A stretch of DNA of 64,000 bases from Hyalangium minutum (GCF_000737315.1 NZ_JMCB01000004.1:1-64000); one strand, 5' to 3'. Shown: positions 43,086 to 55,600, counted from the stretch's first letter. Translations and numbers: made by a program. The notes: generated by a model not told the origin, from the sequence alone.

Positions 43086-44354
43086 ATGCCGAAGAATCTG
43101 CTGGTCGCCGACGACTCGCTCACCATCCGCAAGGTCATTGGGATGATCTTTGCGACCGAGGACTTCCAGGTGACCGCAGTGGACAACGGGTTGGATGCGA
43201 TTGCCCGTTGCCGCGAGCTGCGCCCGGACGTGGTGCTCGCGGATGTGATGATGCCCGGCAAGAGCGGGTACGAGGTCTGCGAGGCCCTCAAGAGTGACCC
43301 GAACACCCAGCACATCCCCGTGGTGCTGCTGGCGGGTACCTTCGAGGCCTTCGACGAGAACCGCGCCCGTGCCTCCCGCGCGGACGACCACGTCACCAAG
43401 CCCTTCGAGAGCCAGGTGTTGCTCGACAAGGTGAAGGCCCTGGTGGGGCAGAAGTCGAACACCATGCCCGCCTCAGCCGCCACGCAGATCACTGCCCAGA
43501 CGGCGGCTCCTGCGGCTGCTCGTCCGGCCGGTCCTCCTCCTCCCGCCGCTGCCGCGGGGGCTCCGCGTCCTCCGGGGCCTGCGGGCGTGCCGCGTCCTCC
43601 GGGCCCGGGTATGCCGCCGGGTCCGGGTGCGCCTCCGGGCATGACGCGTCCTCCGGGGCCTGGGATGCCTCCTGCGCCGGGTGCGCGTCCTCCGGGGCCT
43701 GGAATGCCGCCGGGGCCTGCCGCGGGCGTGCCGCGTCCTCCGGGGCCGGGCATGCCGCCGGGGCCAGGTGCTCCTCCGGGTGCGCGTCCTCCGGGGCCGG
43801 GTGCGCCTCCGGGCATGGCGCGTCCTCCGGGGCCAGGGGTTCCTCCTGCGCCGGGTGCGCGTCCTCCAGGGCCTGGAATGCCTCCGGGGCCTGCTGCGGG
43901 CGTGCCGCGTCCGCCGGGTCCGGGCATGCCGCCGGGTCCGGGCATGGCGCGTCCTCCGGGGCCTGGGGTTCCTCCTGCGCCGGGTGGCGTTCCTCGTCCG
44001 CCGGGTGGCGCGGGGCTGCCATCTGCTCCTGCAGGTGCACAGCCGCGCAGGCCGGATCCATTCGGTCTTGGAGCTCCCGCGCCTCAGGCCGCGCCGCAGC
44101 CGCAGCCGCAGGTGGAGTCTCTCTCTCTCGATGACGCGCTGCCCGAGCCCCACGGTGCCCCAGTCAACGTGGGAGCGGGCCGTGCTGCGCCTCGGGCCGC
44201 GGATGGCGGTGAGGCCCAGTTGCGCGAGGCGCTCTCGAAGGCCTCCCGCGAGGTCATCGAGAAGATCGCCTGGGAGGTAGTACCCCAGCTCGCCGAGACC
44301 ATCATCCGCGAGGAGCTGGATCGGCTGATCAAGGACCGAGAGACGCAGCACTAG
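43086..44354 (+). CDS. romR: Polarity regulator RomR (REC, Pro-rich linker, C-terminal helix)
   Basis: MPKNLLVADDSLTIRKVIGMIFATEDF; Pro-rich linker; LREALSKASREVIEKIAWEVVPQLAETIIREELDRL; upstream of valS. Confidence 0.92.
   Translation: MPKNLLVADDSLTIRKVIGMIFATEDFQVTAVDNGLDAIARCRELRPDVVLADVMMPGKSGYEVCEALKSDPNTQHIPVVLLAGTFEAFDENRARASRADDHVTKPFESQVLLDKVKALVGQKSNTMPASAATQITAQTAAPAAARPAGPPPPAAAAGAPRPPGPAGVPRPPGPGMPPGPGAPPGMTRPPGPGMPPAPGARPPGPGMPPGPAAGVPRPPGPGMPPGPGAPPGARPPGPGAPPGMARPPGPGVPPAPGARPPGPGMPPGPAAGVPRPPGPGMPPGPGMARPPGPGVPPAPGGVPRPPGGAGLPSAPAGAQPRRPDPFGLGAPAPQAAPQPQPQVESLSLDDALPEPHGAPVNVGAGRAAPRAADGGEAQLREALSKASREVIEKIAWEVVPQLAETIIREELDRLIKDRETQH
43540..44010 (+). repeat. Imperfect tandem repeats (RPPGPGMPPGPG-type) in the romR linker
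   Basis: Recurrent cgtcctccggggcc... units. Confidence 0.85.
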
Positions 44355-44404
44355 TTGCCGTAATCCGACCCTGATTGCCTGCCGGCCCACTGGGCCGGCC
44401 TCTT

Positions 44405-47400
44405 ATGACTGACACCATTGAACTGTCCAAGGCCTACGAGCCCACCGAGGTGGAGGCCCGCTGGTCGAAGTTCTGGCTGGAGCGGAAGTACTTCCACGCC
44501 GAGTCCACATCCGACAAGCCGCCGTTCTCCATCGTGCTGCCGCCGCCCAACGTGACGGGCAGCCTGCACCTGGGACACGCGCTCACGGCCACCATCGAAG
44601 ACACGCTCATCCGCTGGAAGCGCATGAGCGGCTACAACGCGCTCTGGATGCCGGGCACGGATCACGCCGGCATCGCCACGCAGATGGTGGTGGAGAAGGA
44701 GCTGAAGAAGACGGAGAAGAAGAGCCGTCACGATCTGGGCCGCCCGGAGTTCCTCAAGCGCGTCTGGCAGTGGAAGGACAAGTTCGGCAAGCGCATTGGC
44801 GAGCAGCACCAGTTCCTCGGCGCCTCGCTGGACTGGGAGCGCGAGCGCTTCACCATGGACGAGAAGTCCTCGGCCGCGGTGCGCGAAGTTTTTGTCCGGC
44901 TGCACGAAGAGGGGCTCATCTACCGGGCCCAGAAGCTCATCAACTGGTGTCCCTCGTGCCATACGGCGCTGAGCGACCTCGAAGTGGATCACGACGAGGG
45001 GAAGAAGGGCTCGCTGTGGCACATCCGCTACCCGGTGAAGGGGACGGATCGGGCGCTCACGGTGGCCACCACCCGCCCGGAGACGATGCTGGGCGACACC
45101 GCGGTGGCCATCCACCCGGATGACGAGCGCTACAAGGGGCTGGCGGGCGGCACGGTGGTGCTCCCGCTGATCAACCGTGAGATCCCCATCATCGCGGACG
45201 CCGAGCTGGTCAGCATGGAGTTCGGCACGGGCGTGGTGAAGGTGACGCCGGCGCACGACTTCAACGACTACCAGACGGGGCTCCGGCACAACCTGCCGAT
45301 GATCTCCATCTTCGATGACAACGCGCGCACCAACAAGGAAGCGGGGCCCTACGCGGGGATGGACCGCTACGAGGCGCGCAAGAAGGTCCTCGAGGACCTG
45401 ACGCTGCAGGGACTGCTGGAGAAGGAAGAGCCGCACACGCTCTCCGTGGGCCAGTGCCAGCGGTGCCAAACGGTGGTGGAGCCGCGGCTGTCCATGCAGT
45501 GGTGGGTGAAGATCGAGCCGCTGGCCAAGCCCGCCATTGAGGCGGTGGCGCAGGGCCGCACCAAGTTCGTCCCCGAGTCATGGACGAACACCTACTTCCA
45601 GTGGATGGAGAACATCCACGACTGGTGCATCAGCCGCCAGCTGTGGTGGGGCCACCAGATCCCCGCCTACTACTGCACGGCGTGCAGCCCGCGCGTGGGC
45701 GATGACACGGATCTGCCCGAGGGTGCGCCCACGGTGCGCGTGGGCGGCGTGGACTTCAACCGCGCCGAGCCGATTGTCTCGCGCCAGCAGCCCTCGCACT
45801 GCCCCAAGTGCAACGGCACGAACTTCACCCAGGATCCGGACGTGCTGGACACCTGGTTCAGCTCCGCGCTGTGGCCGTTCTCCACGCTGGGCTGGCCGGA
45901 GCAGACGCCCGAGCTGAAGACCTTCTACCCGACGTCCGTCATGGAGACGGGCCACGACATCATCTTCTTCTGGGTCGCCCGGATGATGATGATGGGCCTG
46001 CACTTCATGGGGGATGTGCCCTTCCGCACCGTGTACCTGCACGCGATGGTGCGCGACGAGAAGGGCGAGAAGATGTCGAAGACGAAGGGGAACGTCATTG
46101 ATCCCCTCGACATCATCCTCGGGTCTCAGGCGGAGAACCTCAACCCCACGCTGCGCAACAAGTTCCCCCAGGGCATGCCGGCGTTCGGCGCGGACGCGCT
46201 GCGCTTCACTCTCGCCTCGCTCACGCAGCAGGGGCGCGACATCAAGCTCTCCATGGATCGCGTGGCGGGCTACAAGGCGTTCTGCAACAAGCTGTGGAAC
46301 GCCAGCCGCTTCGTGCTGATGAACCTGGGCGGCTTCCGGCTCGACACGCGCCCCATCAAGGAGCGCCAGCTGACGCTGGCGGACCGGTGGATCCTCGCGC
46401 GGCTGCAGCGCGCCATCGTGGACACGCGCCTGGCGCTGGAGACGTACGCGTTCTCGGACGCGGCCTCCACGCTCTACCAGTTCCTCTGGTCCGAGTTCTG
46501 TGACTGGTACATCGAGTTGTCCAAGGGCTCGCTCTACGGCGACGACGAGAAGTCCAAGGACAGCACCCGCGCGGTGCTGGTGTTCTGCCTGGAGCGCATG
46601 CTTCGGCTGCTGCACCCGTTCATGCCGTTCATCACCGAGGAGATCTGGCAGAAGCTGCCGATCCCGCGGTCGGTGGACTCGATCATGATCTCGCCGTACC
46701 CGGAGCCGGACTCGCGGCTGGCGGACTTCGCGGCGGAGACGGAGATGGCGCCCGTGGTGGCGGCCATCGAGGGCATCCGCACCATTCGCGGCGAGAGTAA
46801 CTTGCCACCCTCGGCCAAGCTGGTGGCGCACGTGCAGAGCGCTGATGCGGCGCTGAGGGCCACGCTGGAGCGGTGCAGCAACTACCTGCTGCCGCTGGCG
46901 GGCCTGTCCGAGGTCCGCATCGAGGCTCCGGGCCGCAAGCCGGTGCAGGCCGCGGCGTACGTGGGCTCGGGGCTGGAGATCTACGTGCCGCTGGCCGGGC
47001 TCATCGACGTGGATGCGGAGCGAGACCGTTTGGGTAAGGAGCTGGCGCGGGCGGATCAGGAACTGGCGAGCGTGCTGCGCAAGCTAGAGAACCCGAACTT
47101 CGTCGCCAAGGCTCCGCCAGATGTCGTGGAGAAGGATCGGGCCCGCGTGGAAGAGCTGAAGGCCCGCAAGACAAAGCTGCAGGAGAACCTCGATCGGCTG
47201 GCCCCGGAGGCACCTATGTCCGAAGAGACCCCGCCTGAAGCAGCGGAGGAGAAGCTCCCTGATGCGCAGACGTCCCAGGTGAAGGTGGCGCCGCCAAGCG
47301 CCCCCACGGCGGATGCCGTGGACCTGAGCAAGGAGCTGAAGGGAGAGCTCGAGGCCAGCGGGGAGGTCGTGAACCCGCAGATCACCGACGCGCTGAACAA

Positions 47401-47863
47401 GCTCCGCGAGAGCACCAAGGAAGGCCTGTCCGCCAAGGACCACGAGGACCTGGGCGTGGCGTACATGAGCATGGGGCTCGTGGACGACGCCCAGCGTGAG
47501 TTCGACAAGGCCAAGCAGGGCGGGGAGGGCAGTGCTCAGCCCGCTTCAGCGCCTGCGAAGAAGGCCCCGGCCAAGAAGGCTCCGGCCAAGAAGGCTCCGG
47601 CCAAGAAGGCTCCGGCCAAGAAGGCTCCGGCCAAGAAGGCTCCGGCCAAGAAGGCTTCGGCGAAGAAGGCCGCTGCGGCGAAGAAGGCTCCTGCCAAGAA
47701 GGTCGCGGCGAAGAAGGCTCCGGCCAAGAAGGCGGCTGCCAAGAAGGCTGGGACGCGGAAGGCTCCGGCGAAGAAGGTCGCGGCGAAGAAGGCGCCTGCC
47801 AAGAAGGCTGCGGCGAAGAAGGCACCCGCGAAGAAGTCCACGGCCAAGAAGGCCCGGCGGTAA
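44405..47863 (+). CDS. valS: Valine--tRNA ligase with C-terminal TPR-like and histone-H1-like extension
   Basis: [13 protein letters not shown] (HIGH), [17 protein letters not shown]-terminal coiled coil, then a ~215-aa extension. Confidence 0.97.
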   Translation: MTDTIELSKAYEPTEVEARWSKFWLERKYFHAESTSDKPPFSIVLPPPNVTGSLHLGHALTATIEDTLIRWKRMSGYNALWMPGTDHAGIATQMVVEKELKKTEKKSRHDLGRPEFLKRVWQWKDKFGKRIGEQHQFLGASLDWERERFTMDEKSSAAVREVFVRLHEEGLIYRAQKLINWCPSCHTALSDLEVDHDEGKKGSLWHIRYPVKGTDRALTVATTRPETMLGDTAVAIHPDDERYKGLAGGTVVLPLINREIPIIADAELVSMEFGTGVVKVTPAHDFNDYQTGLRHNLPMISIFDDNARTNKEAGPYAGMDRYEARKKVLEDLTLQGLLEKEEPHTLSVGQCQRCQTVVEPRLSMQWWVKIEPLAKPAIEAVAQGRTKFVPESWTNTYFQWMENIHDWCISRQLWWGHQIPAYYCTACSPRVGDDTDLPEGAPTVRVGGVDFNRAEPIVSRQQPSHCPKCNGTNFTQDPDVLDTWFSSALWPFSTLGWPEQTPELKTFYPTSVMETGHDIIFFWVARMMMMGLHFMGDVPFRTVYLHAMVRDEKGEKMSKTKGNVIDPLDIILGSQAENLNPTLRNKFPQGMPAFGADALRFTLASLTQQGRDIKLSMDRVAGYKAFCNKLWNASRFVLMNLGGFRLDTRPIKERQLTLADRWILARLQRAIVDTRLALETYAFSDAASTLYQFLWSEFCDWYIELSKGSLYGDDEKSKDSTRAVLVFCLERMLRLLHPFMPFITEEIWQKLPIPRSVDSIMISPYPEPDSRLADFAAETEMAPVVAAIEGIRTIRGESNLPPSAKLVAHVQSADAALRATLERCSNYLLPLAGLSEVRIEAPGRKPVQAAAYVGSGLEIYVPLAGLIDVDAERDRLGKELARADQELASVLRKLENPNFVAKAPPDVVEKDRARVEELKARKTKLQENLDRLAPEAPMSEETPPEAAEEKLPDAQTSQVKVAPPSAPTADAVDLSKELKGELEASGEVVNPQITDALNKLRESTKEGLSAKDHEDLGVAYMSMGLVDDAQREFDKAKQGGEGSAQPASAPAKKAPAKKAPAKKAPAKKAPAKKAPAKKAPAKKASAKKAAAAKKAPAKKVAAKKAPAKKAAAKKAGTRKAPAKKVAAKKAPAKKAAAKKAPAKKSTAKKARR
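47549..47860 (+). repeat. APAKK/AAKK low-complexity repeat, including 5 identical 15-bp units GCTCCGGCCAAGAAG (47579-47653)
   Basis: Read directly from the sequence. Confidence 0.95.
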
Positions 47864-47874
47864 GGAGACCGATC

Positions 47875-48750
47875 TTGAAGGACTACCTCGACCGCCTCAT
47901 CGAGCTGGCCTTGGACGAGGACCTTGGGGCGGCGGGGGATGTGACCTCCAACGCCCTGGTTCCTCCGGACGCGATGGGCAGTGGCGAGCTGCTGGCGAAG
48001 GAGCAGCTCGTGCTCGCTGGGCTGGATGCGTTTGCCCGCGTGTTCTACTACGTGGACCCGGAGGTGAAGGTCGAGTTCCTCCGGCGGGACGGCGACGAGA
48101 TCAAGCCCAAGGTCGTGGCGGCGAAGGTCTCCGGTCGGCTGCGCTCGCTGCTGGCCGCCGAACGCACGGCGCTCAACATTGTCCAGCGCATGTCGGGCAT
48201 CGCCACGCTGGCGCAGCAGGCGATGACCGCAGTGCGGGGCTCGAAGCTCAAGGTGCTGGACACGCGCAAGACGCCGCCGGGGATGCGCGCCCTCTCGAAG
48301 GAGGCGGTCCGGCTGGGGGGGGCGACGAACCACCGCTTCGGTCTCTTCGATGGGGTGCTCATCAAGGACAACCACATCGCGGCGGTGGGGGGCTCCATCA
48401 AGGAGGCCCTGCGCCGGGCCCGGGCTTATGCGCCTCGGTTGGTGAAGATCGAGATCGAGGTCACCAACCTCAAGCAGTTGGCCGAGGCCATCGAAGAGGG
48501 CGCGGACGTGGTGATGCTCGACAACATGGATGACGAGCAGATCCGCAAGGCCGTGGAGCTCACGGCAGGGCGGGTGCCTCTGGAGGTCTCTGGAGGCGTC
48601 GCGCTGGATCGGCTGCCGAGGCTGGCCAAGCTGGGCGTGGACTTCGTGTCCATGGGCTCGTTAACGCACTCGGCACGGGCCATGGACTTGTCGCTGGAGA
48701 TCGCCACGACCAAGGGGGCAGCCCGCTCCCGCTCGCGCCGGAAGCACTGA
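47875..48750 (+). CDS. nadC: Nicotinate-nucleotide diphosphorylase (carboxylating)
   Basis: EDLG..GDVTS, ERTALN, DTRKT.PG, HRFGLFD, LIKDNH, MLDN; TTG start after AAGGAG. Confidence 0.95.
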   Translation: MKDYLDRLIELALDEDLGAAGDVTSNALVPPDAMGSGELLAKEQLVLAGLDAFARVFYYVDPEVKVEFLRRDGDEIKPKVVAAKVSGRLRSLLAAERTALNIVQRMSGIATLAQQAMTAVRGSKLKVLDTRKTPPGMRALSKEAVRLGGATNHRFGLFDGVLIKDNHIAAVGGSIKEALRRARAYAPRLVKIEIEVTNLKQLAEAIEEGADVVMLDNMDDEQIRKAVELTAGRVPLEVSGGVALDRLPRLAKLGVDFVSMGSLTHSARAMDLSLEIATTKGAARSRSRRKH

Positions 48751-48771
48751 CCACGAAAGGGAAGGGGAGTC

Positions 48772-50429
48772 TCAGTTGCTGGGGCCAGCCGGCCGGCCGT
48801 TCGTGAAGAACTCGGTCCGGGGATGGCCCTCGGCGGAGGCGGGCGCGCCCAACTCCAGCATCGCCGCCAGCGTGGGGGCCACGTCCGTTGCGTTGATCTC
48901 CTGCAGGTACGTCCCCGGCTTCACGCCCTTGCCCGCGAACACCACCGGCACCTGCTGATCGTAGTTGTACGGCGTGCCGTGGTTCGTACCGACCAGCACG
49001 TTGCTGATGACCTGGAACGCCTGCGGCACGATCAAGACGTCTCCGCTGCGTCCAGCGTAATAGCCTCGCCGCACCGGCGCGATCAGCCCCGCCACATCCG
49101 GCGCCGTGTAGAGATCATCCCGCGCCACCGCCGCCGCGATGCCCGGCTGCTTCGACAGCCACTCCGCCGCCGCCCTCCGCACCGCCGCTCCGTCTGCCTT
49201 CCCGTCCTCGAGCGCCTTGCCTAACAAGTACACGTCCGACTCTTCCTGGGTGACCGTCACCTCCACCTGCGGAAACCGCGCCTTGAGTGCCTGCGCGAGC
49301 CCTTGCGACAGCTCCTTCGTGTTCATCCGCCGCGCCGGCAGCCCCTCCGAGGCCCAGTGCTCTGGCACCGCCGCCCCTCCGTGGTCCGCCGTCAGCACGA
49401 TGACCAGGTTCGCCCGGCCCCCCGCAGCCTTCTCCGCCGCCGTCACCAGCTCCGCCACTGCGCGGTCCAGCCGGTACAGCGTGTCCTGCATCTCCCATGG
49501 TACGGCCCGTATGCATGGAACACGCGGTCCGTCCCGCTGAAGCTCACCGCCAGCAGGTCCGGCACCTCGTCCTTGCCCAGCCCCTCGCCCTCCAGGGCCG
49601 CCTTCGCTGCCTGCACCAGCAAGTCATTCGAGTACGCCGAGCTCGCCAGCGCCGCATACGACCGCGGCCCCGCCATCTGGCCCCCTCCATTCAGCGGGTG
49701 TGGGAAGCTGCGCCCCAGCCCCGATTCGTCCGTCTCGTAGGGGCGCTCGTCCTCCCCCAGGTACTCCGTCTTCGGCAGCAGCAGCGTCCACTGCTGCGAG
49801 AAGTACCCGTCCGCCAGCTCCTTCGCGTTGAACGCCTGCAGCCACGCCGGGAACTCCTTCGTGTACCAGGTCCCCGTTACGAATTTCCCCACCGTCTCAT
49901 CGAACCAGTAGGCCTGCCCCAGCCGCCCCGCCAGTGGGATCGCCGCCCGGCCCTTGCCCGACAGCGCCACCGCCTTCCCTCGCCCCCGTGAGCTCATTCG
50001 CAGCCGGTCCGCCAGTGTCTCCGCCATCAGGTTCAGCGGGCTCGTGTCGCCCCTCGTGGCGAAGGTCAGGGGCACCTCCAGCACCGGGTGCGCCTCGTCC
50101 TGGAACACGCTCAGCGGCTGCCCCGTGGTGCGATCCACCACCCGGTTGTCGACAATCCCGTGCCGCCACGGGTTCGCCCCCGTGGACAGCGTCGTGTGCC
50201 CCGCCGCCGTCCGAGGCTTGGCGTAGTCGTACCGGCCGTACGGGTAGAACGCCCCACCGTCGAGCAGTTGACGCAGCCCGCTCTTGAACTTTGGCCGTGT
50301 GCGCAACAGCAGGTCCGTGCCGAGTGCATCCACCGAGATGAAGAGGGCCAGCCTCGGAGGCTTCGCGAACACCGGGAAGCTGAGGAGAACCACGGCCAGG
50401 GCGAGAGGGCGCACCATAGGGGGGCTCAT
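48772..50429 (-). pseudogene. PafA-type alkaline phosphatase family gene split by a 1-bp frameshift at 49499/49500 (pseudogene or sequencing error)
   Basis: Signal peptide, ISVDAL, TAAGH Thr nucleophile and SFSGTDRVFHAYGP in 49443-50459; TADHG, SGD and HGTPYNYDQQVP in 48772-49491. One inserted base restores GPY-S-WEMQD. Confidence 0.8.
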
Positions 50430-50515
50430 CTTCGCCGCCAGATGGTCAGAAGCAACCAACTCGCCATGGCTTCGGCTTGGAGGGGCCCGATCCCCCTGTT
50501 ACCGTCGGCGCACGC

Positions 50516-50917
50516 ATGGTGGAAGCGCGGATCCGAGTCATCTACGGCGATACCGACCAGATGGGGGTCGTTTATCACGCCAACTACTTCCGCTACTTCG
50601 AGTTCTCCCGCATGGAGTTCTTCCGCGCTCGCGGCGGCAGCTACCAGGAGATGGAGCGCGAGGGCTACATGCTCCCCGTCGCCGAGGTCTCCTGCCAGTA
50701 CAAGGCCCCCGCACGCTACGACGATCTGCTCGTCATCCGTCCTCGTGTGACGGAGGTCCGCCGCGCCTCGCTCACTTTCCAGTACGAGATCTTTCGCGAC
50801 GGGAACCCCTCGACGTTGCTGTGCACCGGGCACACTCTCCATGCCTGCATCGGGCGCGACGGCAAGCCCCGGCGCTTCCCGGACACGTTCCTGCGTCTGC
50901 TCGAGCAGTCCCCCTGA
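50516..50917 (+). CDS. YbgC/FcbC-family acyl-CoA thioesterase
   Basis: IRVIYGDTDQMGVVYHANYFRYFE. Confidence 0.9.
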   Translation: MVEARIRVIYGDTDQMGVVYHANYFRYFEFSRMEFFRARGGSYQEMEREGYMLPVAEVSCQYKAPARYDDLLVIRPRVTEVRRASLTFQYEIFRDGNPSTLLCTGHTLHACIGRDGKPRRFPDTFLRLLEQSP

Positions 50918-50947
50918 AAGTTCCACCTTCTCTCAAGGAGTCCCCAC

Positions 50948-51916
50948 ATGGATCGCAACCTGGCAATGGAGGCCGTGCGCGTCACCGAGATGGCGGCCAT
51001 CGCCTCCGCCCGTCTCATGGGCCGCGGCAGCAAGAACGAGTCGGATCAGGCCGCCGTGGACGCCATGCGCCGCGCCTTCGACGCCCTCTTCATCGACGGC
51101 ACCGTCGTCATCGGCGAGGGCGAGCGCGATGAGGCCCCCATGCTCTACATCGGCGAGCGCGTCGGCCGGCGCACCGAGGGCGTCCCCGAGGTGGACATCG
51201 CCCTGGACCCGCTGGAGGGCACCAACCTCGCCGCCTATGGCCGCCCCGGCGCCATCTCCGTGGTCGCCATGGCCAGCAAGGGCAACCTCCTCAACGCCCC
51301 GGATACCTATATGGAGAAGATCGCGGTGGGCCCGCGCGCCAAGGGTGCCATCGATCTGCGCCGCACCCCCACCGAGAACCTCCGTGCCGTCGCGGAGCGG
51401 CAGAAGGTCTATGTGGAGGATCTCACCGTGGTCATCCTCGACCGCGAGCGGCACGTGGACCTCATCAAGGAGGTCCGCGCCGCGGGCGCCCGCATCCGCC
51501 TCATCGAGGACGGCGACGTGGCCGGCGCCATCTCCACCTGCTTCGAGGAGACCGGTGTGGACGTGCTGATGGGCATCGGCGGCGCCCCCGAAGGCGTCAT
51601 CGCCGCGGCGGCGGTGCGCTGCGTGGGCGGCGACATGCAGGGCCGCCTCGTGCCGCGCAACCAGGGCGAGATTGACCGCGCCAAGAAGATGGGCATCACC
51701 GACATCACCAAGATCTACGCCGCCGATGAGCTGGCCAGGGGCGAGGTGATGTTTGCCGCCACCGGCGTCACCTCGGGCGACTTCCTCAAGGGCGTGCGCT
51801 TCTTCGGCGGCGGCTGTGAGACGCACTCCGTCGTCATGCGCAGCAAGACGGGCACCGTTCGTTTCGTGCAATCCGTCCACAAGTTCGACAAGAAGCCGGG
51901 GTACTCTGCGTTCTAG
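50948..51916 (+). CDS. glpX: Class II fructose-1,6-bisphosphatase
   Basis: VIGEGERDEAPMLYIGE, DPLEGT, PDTYMEK, DGDVAG, GAPEGV. Confidence 0.96.
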   Translation: MDRNLAMEAVRVTEMAAIASARLMGRGSKNESDQAAVDAMRRAFDALFIDGTVVIGEGERDEAPMLYIGERVGRRTEGVPEVDIALDPLEGTNLAAYGRPGAISVVAMASKGNLLNAPDTYMEKIAVGPRAKGAIDLRRTPTENLRAVAERQKVYVEDLTVVILDRERHVDLIKEVRAAGARIRLIEDGDVAGAISTCFEETGVDVLMGIGGAPEGVIAAAAVRCVGGDMQGRLVPRNQGEIDRAKKMGITDITKIYAADELARGEVMFAATGVTSGDFLKGVRFFGGGCETHSVVMRSKTGTVRFVQSVHKFDKKPGYSAF

Positions 51917-51952
51917 CTGCAGGCTTCCCCCTCACCCCGTCCGGAGAGTTCC

Positions 51953-52378
51953 ATGGCAGGCGCTACCCGCTCGATCATCATCAACGCCCCCATCGAGAAG
52001 GTGTTCGACGTCATCACCCAATACGAGAAGTACGGCGAGTTCCTCTCCGAGGTGAAGGAAGTGAAGACCTCGGGGCGCCAGGGCAATGAGGTCAACGTCC
52101 ACTACAAGGTCGATGTGGTGAAGACCATCAAGTACACCATCCGCGTCAAGGAGGAGCGCCCCACTCGCATGTCCTGGACCTTCGTGGACGGCGAGTTCAT
52201 GAAGGACAACAAGGGCAGCTGGGTGCTCGAGCCCGCGGGCGAAGGGAAGACCAAGGGCACCTACACCGTGGAGATGGCGCTCGGTGCCCTGGTCCCCAAG
52301 GCCGTCGTCAACGCCCTGGTCGACACCTCCCTCCCCAAGATGCTGGAGGCCTTCAAGCGCAGGGCGGAGACCCCCTGA
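51953..52378 (+). CDS. SRPBCC/polyketide cyclase-like (START-fold) protein
   Basis: SIIINAPIEKVFDVITQYEKYGEFL; GSWVLEP. Confidence 0.85.
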   Translation: MAGATRSIIINAPIEKVFDVITQYEKYGEFLSEVKEVKTSGRQGNEVNVHYKVDVVKTIKYTIRVKEERPTRMSWTFVDGEFMKDNKGSWVLEPAGEGKTKGTYTVEMALGALVPKAVVNALVDTSLPKMLEAFKRRAETP

Positions 52379-52747
52379 GCGCCTCCTCGGCCCTTCCTGT
52401 GCCCTGGATGTCATACCTGTACCCACCCTGGGCAAGAGGGCAGGCGAGCCTCGTCCAGGGGTTGCCACGTTGAATGGTCGAGGCTTCACCGCTGGTTGGA
52501 CGGCTTGCGGGTTGCCACGACTGCATTAGAATCAACGTACCCAGTGGCAGAAGGTCGAGCGCCAACCATGACATCCCTGACACAGGGGTGTGGCTTCGAT
52601 GTCGGTGCGGTGGACAGGCAACCGGGCCCGGTAGCAAGGTTGTACCCCCGCAGTGTTGGGGGACCTACCTTTGCATGCGAGAGCACCGGAGCCGGGGCGA
52701 GGTGGCGGGCGTACACCGGGGTATGTAGGCTGAGGGAGAGCAAACCC

Positions 52748-52921
52748 ATGCTGGACGCCTTCATCATCGAAGAGATCAAGCGCCGGGAGCGCAGCCGCGA
52801 GGAGCGCGAGCGCCCTGCCGTGGAGTTGCCGCTACCGGCTCCTCCGGATCGTCCGCGCCGTCGCACGGAGACGGACGACGAGGAGAAGCCGCCTCGCGGT
52901 GTCGTCGTCATTGACCTCTGA
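52748..52921 (+). CDS. Small hypothetical protein (57 aa)
   Basis: GGGAGAG RBS; MLDAFIIEEIKRRE...RGVVVIDL; strong codon bias; hairpins follow. Confidence 0.7.
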   Translation: MLDAFIIEEIKRRERSREERERPAVELPLPAPPDRPRRRTETDDEEKPPRGVVVIDL

Positions 52922-53037
52922 AGCCGGCTCCTTCGGCTTCAGCGTGGCTCTGAGCCCGCGGCAGGTGTCCCCTCGGGGACTGCCTCCCGCGGGCTTCGTG
53001 CGTTCAGGGGCTGCGCTGGCTTCTCAGTCCTGGCCGC

Positions 53038-54201
53038 TCAGTCCTGCACGAGGGCGAGCAAGTGCCGCGGGTGGTAGAGGTTCCACAGCGGCCCGCGCAC
53101 GGTGTTCATGGACTCGAGGACGAGCTGCTTCCACTCGGCGGGGATGGCGCTCTCTCCGTAGAAGGCGCCCAGGAGCGCGCCGGTGATGGCGCCGTGCGCG
53201 TCTGCGTCCGCCCCCCGGTTCGCCACGTCCACCAGCGCGGCCTCGAGGCTGGGGGCGTGCAGCAGCTCCCAGAAGGCCAGCCGGAAGGCGATGCGCACGT
53301 GGCCGTGGTGGCGGTGCAGGTGCAGCTCCGGTCCGTAGAGCATGGGGTTCTGTTGCTGCGCTGCCTCCAGGTCCGCCCAGAGCAGGGACTTGGCGAACGA
53401 CACCTCTTCCACGTAGTCGGACAGCGAGCGGGCCAGCGCCGCCGCGCCAATGGAGAGCCCCTTCTGCGCGGCGATGAGGAGGTCCGAGGGCTGGAGCTTG
53501 TCGCCGCCGGTGATGGCCCTGGCGATGGCCTCGTTCAGGGCCACGCAGGCGAGCTGGCAGCGCGGATCGTAGTGGGTGAGGGCGGAGTCGTCGAACGAGG
53601 CCTGAAGGCGGGCCGCATCATCCTTGGCGAAGAAGACGCCGATGGGGGCCGTGCGCGCCAGGCTGCTGTTGGTGCAGGAGCGGCGGAAGCCTCGGATCCA
53701 CACGCGACGCCCCGAGGTGAGCGCGGGCATGCCTGCGTCCATCTCGTTGAGCACCTCGCGCATCGGATCGCTCATGTCGAAGGCGACGGGCTTCCAGGCG
53801 CGGTAGCGGCGGACGACGTCCGAGGCGTTGTAGCTCTTCACCTCTTTCAGGCTCCAGGCAATGCAGCACGCCATGTGCGTCTCGTCCGTCACCTGGCCCT
53901 TGCGCAGCTCCACCACCGGAGGAGGCAGCTCGCCGTTTTCGGGGATCCCCTCGGGGAAGTCCTCGTAGTTGGCCGTCATGGGATCCTGGGGGATCCGGGA
54001 CTTGAACTTGCCGCCCATGGGCATGCGGCGCATGCCGTCCGCCAGCTGGGGGAAGAGGGGGGCCAGGAGGTTGCGGCCTCGCATGGGCGCCCCGAGCGCG
54101 TCCCCTACGGCCAGGCCCAGCAGCGCACCTCGGCTCCGCTGGCCCGGGAGGGGATCCGGACCCTTCTGTTTCGGAGGTGGTCGGCGCGGCGGGGGAGGCA
54201 T
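53038..54201 (-). CDS. ADP-ribosylglycohydrolase family protein
   Basis: GALLGLAVGDALG, TDET, R.APIG, THYDPR, DADAHGAITGALLGA. Confidence 0.9.
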   Translation of the reverse strand: MPPPPRRPPPKQKGPDPLPGQRSRGALLGLAVGDALGAPMRGRNLLAPLFPQLADGMRRMPMGGKFKSRIPQDPMTANYEDFPEGIPENGELPPPVVELRKGQVTDETHMACCIAWSLKEVKSYNASDVVRRYRAWKPVAFDMSDPMREVLNEMDAGMPALTSGRRVWIRGFRRSCTNSSLARTAPIGVFFAKDDAARLQASFDDSALTHYDPRCQLACVALNEAIARAITGGDKLQPSDLLIAAQKGLSIGAAALARSLSDYVEEVSFAKSLLWADLEAAQQQNPMLYGPELHLHRHHGHVRIAFRLAFWELLHAPSLEAALVDVANRGADADAHGAITGALLGAFYGESAIPAEWKQLVLESMNTVRGPLWNLYHPRHLLALVQD

Positions 54202-54241
54202 GGGCAGGGGGTGGACGGGCCTTCAGGGGTGGACACTGTAG

Positions 54242-55594
<1,353 letters not shown>

Positions 55595-55600
55595 GGCGAC

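Noticed and set aside
47549-47860. Regular short repeats as a possible CRISPR array
   Set aside because: Contiguous 15-bp coding repeats with no spacers and no cas genes.
52445-52520. sigma54 promoter from TGGCA motifs on the minus strand
   Set aside because: No TTGC at the required -12 spacing.
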